A stretch of DNA of 16,984 nt from Cyanobacteriota bacterium (GTDB lineage: Bacteria; Cyanobacteriota; Cyanobacteriia; Thermostichales; Thermostichaceae): contig JANRIL010000036.1 of NCBI GenBank assembly GCA_033764955.1, positions 1-16,984 of the forward strand, read 5' to 3'. The notes under the pieces were generated by a model. The model did no database searches, was not told the DNA's origin, and worked only from the letters and a program-made list of their open reading frames with translations. The translations under genes were made by a program, and so were the position numbers. This document shows, one piece after another, positions 16,475 to 16,984 of this stretch. Within the stretch, counting starts at the first letter, position 1. Each line of letters starts with the position of its first letter.

Positions 16475-16569
16475 CTTTCCCACCCCATCCCCCTGCCCCC
16501 TTTCCGCAACCCAAAGGGGGGATCCAAACCATATCTTTATAGTGGGGCATGACGATTCTTGAGTCCCTC

Positions 16570-16696
16570 GGATCCCTCTGCACTTCCCCGCACTCTATCC
16601 TGCCAAACAGCCTTGCAATATCGTTCGTCCACAGGGCGCTCCATCCTTGCACTCAGGGCAGGATCTGAACAGTGGGCATCGTACAGAGGACAATCC
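16570..16696 (+). promoter_or_regulatory. Long imperfect inverted repeat 3, candidate ssDNA promoter
   Basis: 16575-16583/16681-16689 (8/9), CACT/AGTG, 16597-16604/16657-16664 (8 bp perfect), 16614-16618/16647-16651. TTGCAC at 16647-16652; the RBS lies inside the stem. Confidence 0.6.
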
Positions 16697-16697
16697 C

Positions 16698-16832
16698 ATG
16701 CACTTAAAGAAACACGAATCGCCCCGCAATCAAGGCCGCAATGATCATGGCAAAGGCGGATCCGCTCGCAAGCGTCAACTCGATAAGCGTCAACGTCAGT
16801 TGATGAATCGTTTGCGAGAGCAACGCGGCTAA
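16698..16832 (+). CDS. Small very basic protein, 44 aa
   Basis: GAGGA RBS 7 nt before ATG; MHLKKHESPRNQGRNDHGKGGSARKRQLDKRQRQLMNRLREQRG*. Confidence 0.65.
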   Translation: MHLKKHESPRNQGRNDHGKGGSARKRQLDKRQRQLMNRLREQRG

Positions 16833-16848
16833 ATTGAGTCACCAGAAT

Positions 16849-16984
16849 GTCGGGTAAGGAAGGAAACGTCACCGTTCCTTCCTCCCCTAAGAACCGGACT
16901 TGACAGTTTCCCATCATCCGGCTCAAGCCTTCCGGCAAGAATGGACATTGATGTGGCAGTGGCGGTGTAGCAGTTGTAAGTTAT
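16849..16984 (-). mobile_element. Group II intron, 3' end (domains V and VI), continuing beyond the window
   Basis: Domain V GAGCCGGATGATGGGAAACTGTCAAGTCCGGTTC (16924-16891; AGC triad, GAAA loop). Domain VI GGGGAGGAAGGAACG-GTGA-CGTTTCCTTCCTT-A-CCC with bulged A, ending ...ACCCGAC at 16849. Confidence 0.96.
16923..16982 (-). CDS. ltrA: C-terminus of group II intron reverse transcriptase/maturase, HNH endonuclease domain (partial)
   Basis: NLQLLHRHCHINVHSCRKA*, the typical end of the En domain. The stop codon overlaps the start of domain V. Confidence 0.88.
   Translation of the reverse strand, partial: NLQLLHRHCHINVHSCRKA

Larger units (their letters stand above)
10428..16763. repeat. Highly iterated palindrome GGATCC
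   Basis: About 53 copies by hand count in about 6.3 kb, versus 3 in 1-10400 (4558, 8354, 9479). Present in all reading frames and in intergenic DNA. Confidence 0.95.

Noticed and set aside
15902..16527. Minus-strand ORFs 15902-16183 and 16252-16527
   Set aside because: They run antisense through hairpin 2, the 16173 gene and its terminator, with no protein-like features.
16537..16938. 133-aa minus-strand ORF starting MPEGLSRMMGNCQVRFLGE
   Set aside because: The N-terminus is the translation of intron domains V-VI, a well-known spurious pattern; the rest is antisense to hairpin 3 and the 44-aa gene.

Overview
Cyanobacterial accessory DNA, probably a plasmid or integrated element, made of two halves with different sequence signatures. 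Left half (1-9.1 kb): a minus-strand cargo cluster of AraC regulator, DUF1400 alpha/beta hydrolase, lipoprotein, Coq4-like protein, pterin-4a-carbinolamine dehydratase, DJ-1/PfpI protein, arylsulfatase and a truncated formylglycine-generating enzyme. It carries canonical HIP1 (GCGATCGC) sites and a duplicated AraC-type promoter module. Middle (9.3-10.4 kb): a frameshifted Rep-like fragment and an IS5-family remnant. Right half (10.4-17 kb): saturated with GGATCC (about 53 copies by hand count). It holds an XRE-HTH/unknown/holin-like operon, an Rpn nuclease with a likely intragenic antitoxin, an orphan NuiA-like nuclease inhibitor, a GH108 lysozyme, several small genes and the 3' end of a group II intron. 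The strongest unexplained signal is three consecutive small genes, each directly preceded by a 130-190 nt imperfect inverted repeat. In two of them, folding as single-stranded DNA places a -10 box with A-11/T-7 exactly 17 nt from a TTG -35 box. These are candidate ssDNA (Frpo-like) promoters of a cyanobacterial plasmid leading region. All family assignments come from motif recognition by eye; no searches were run.
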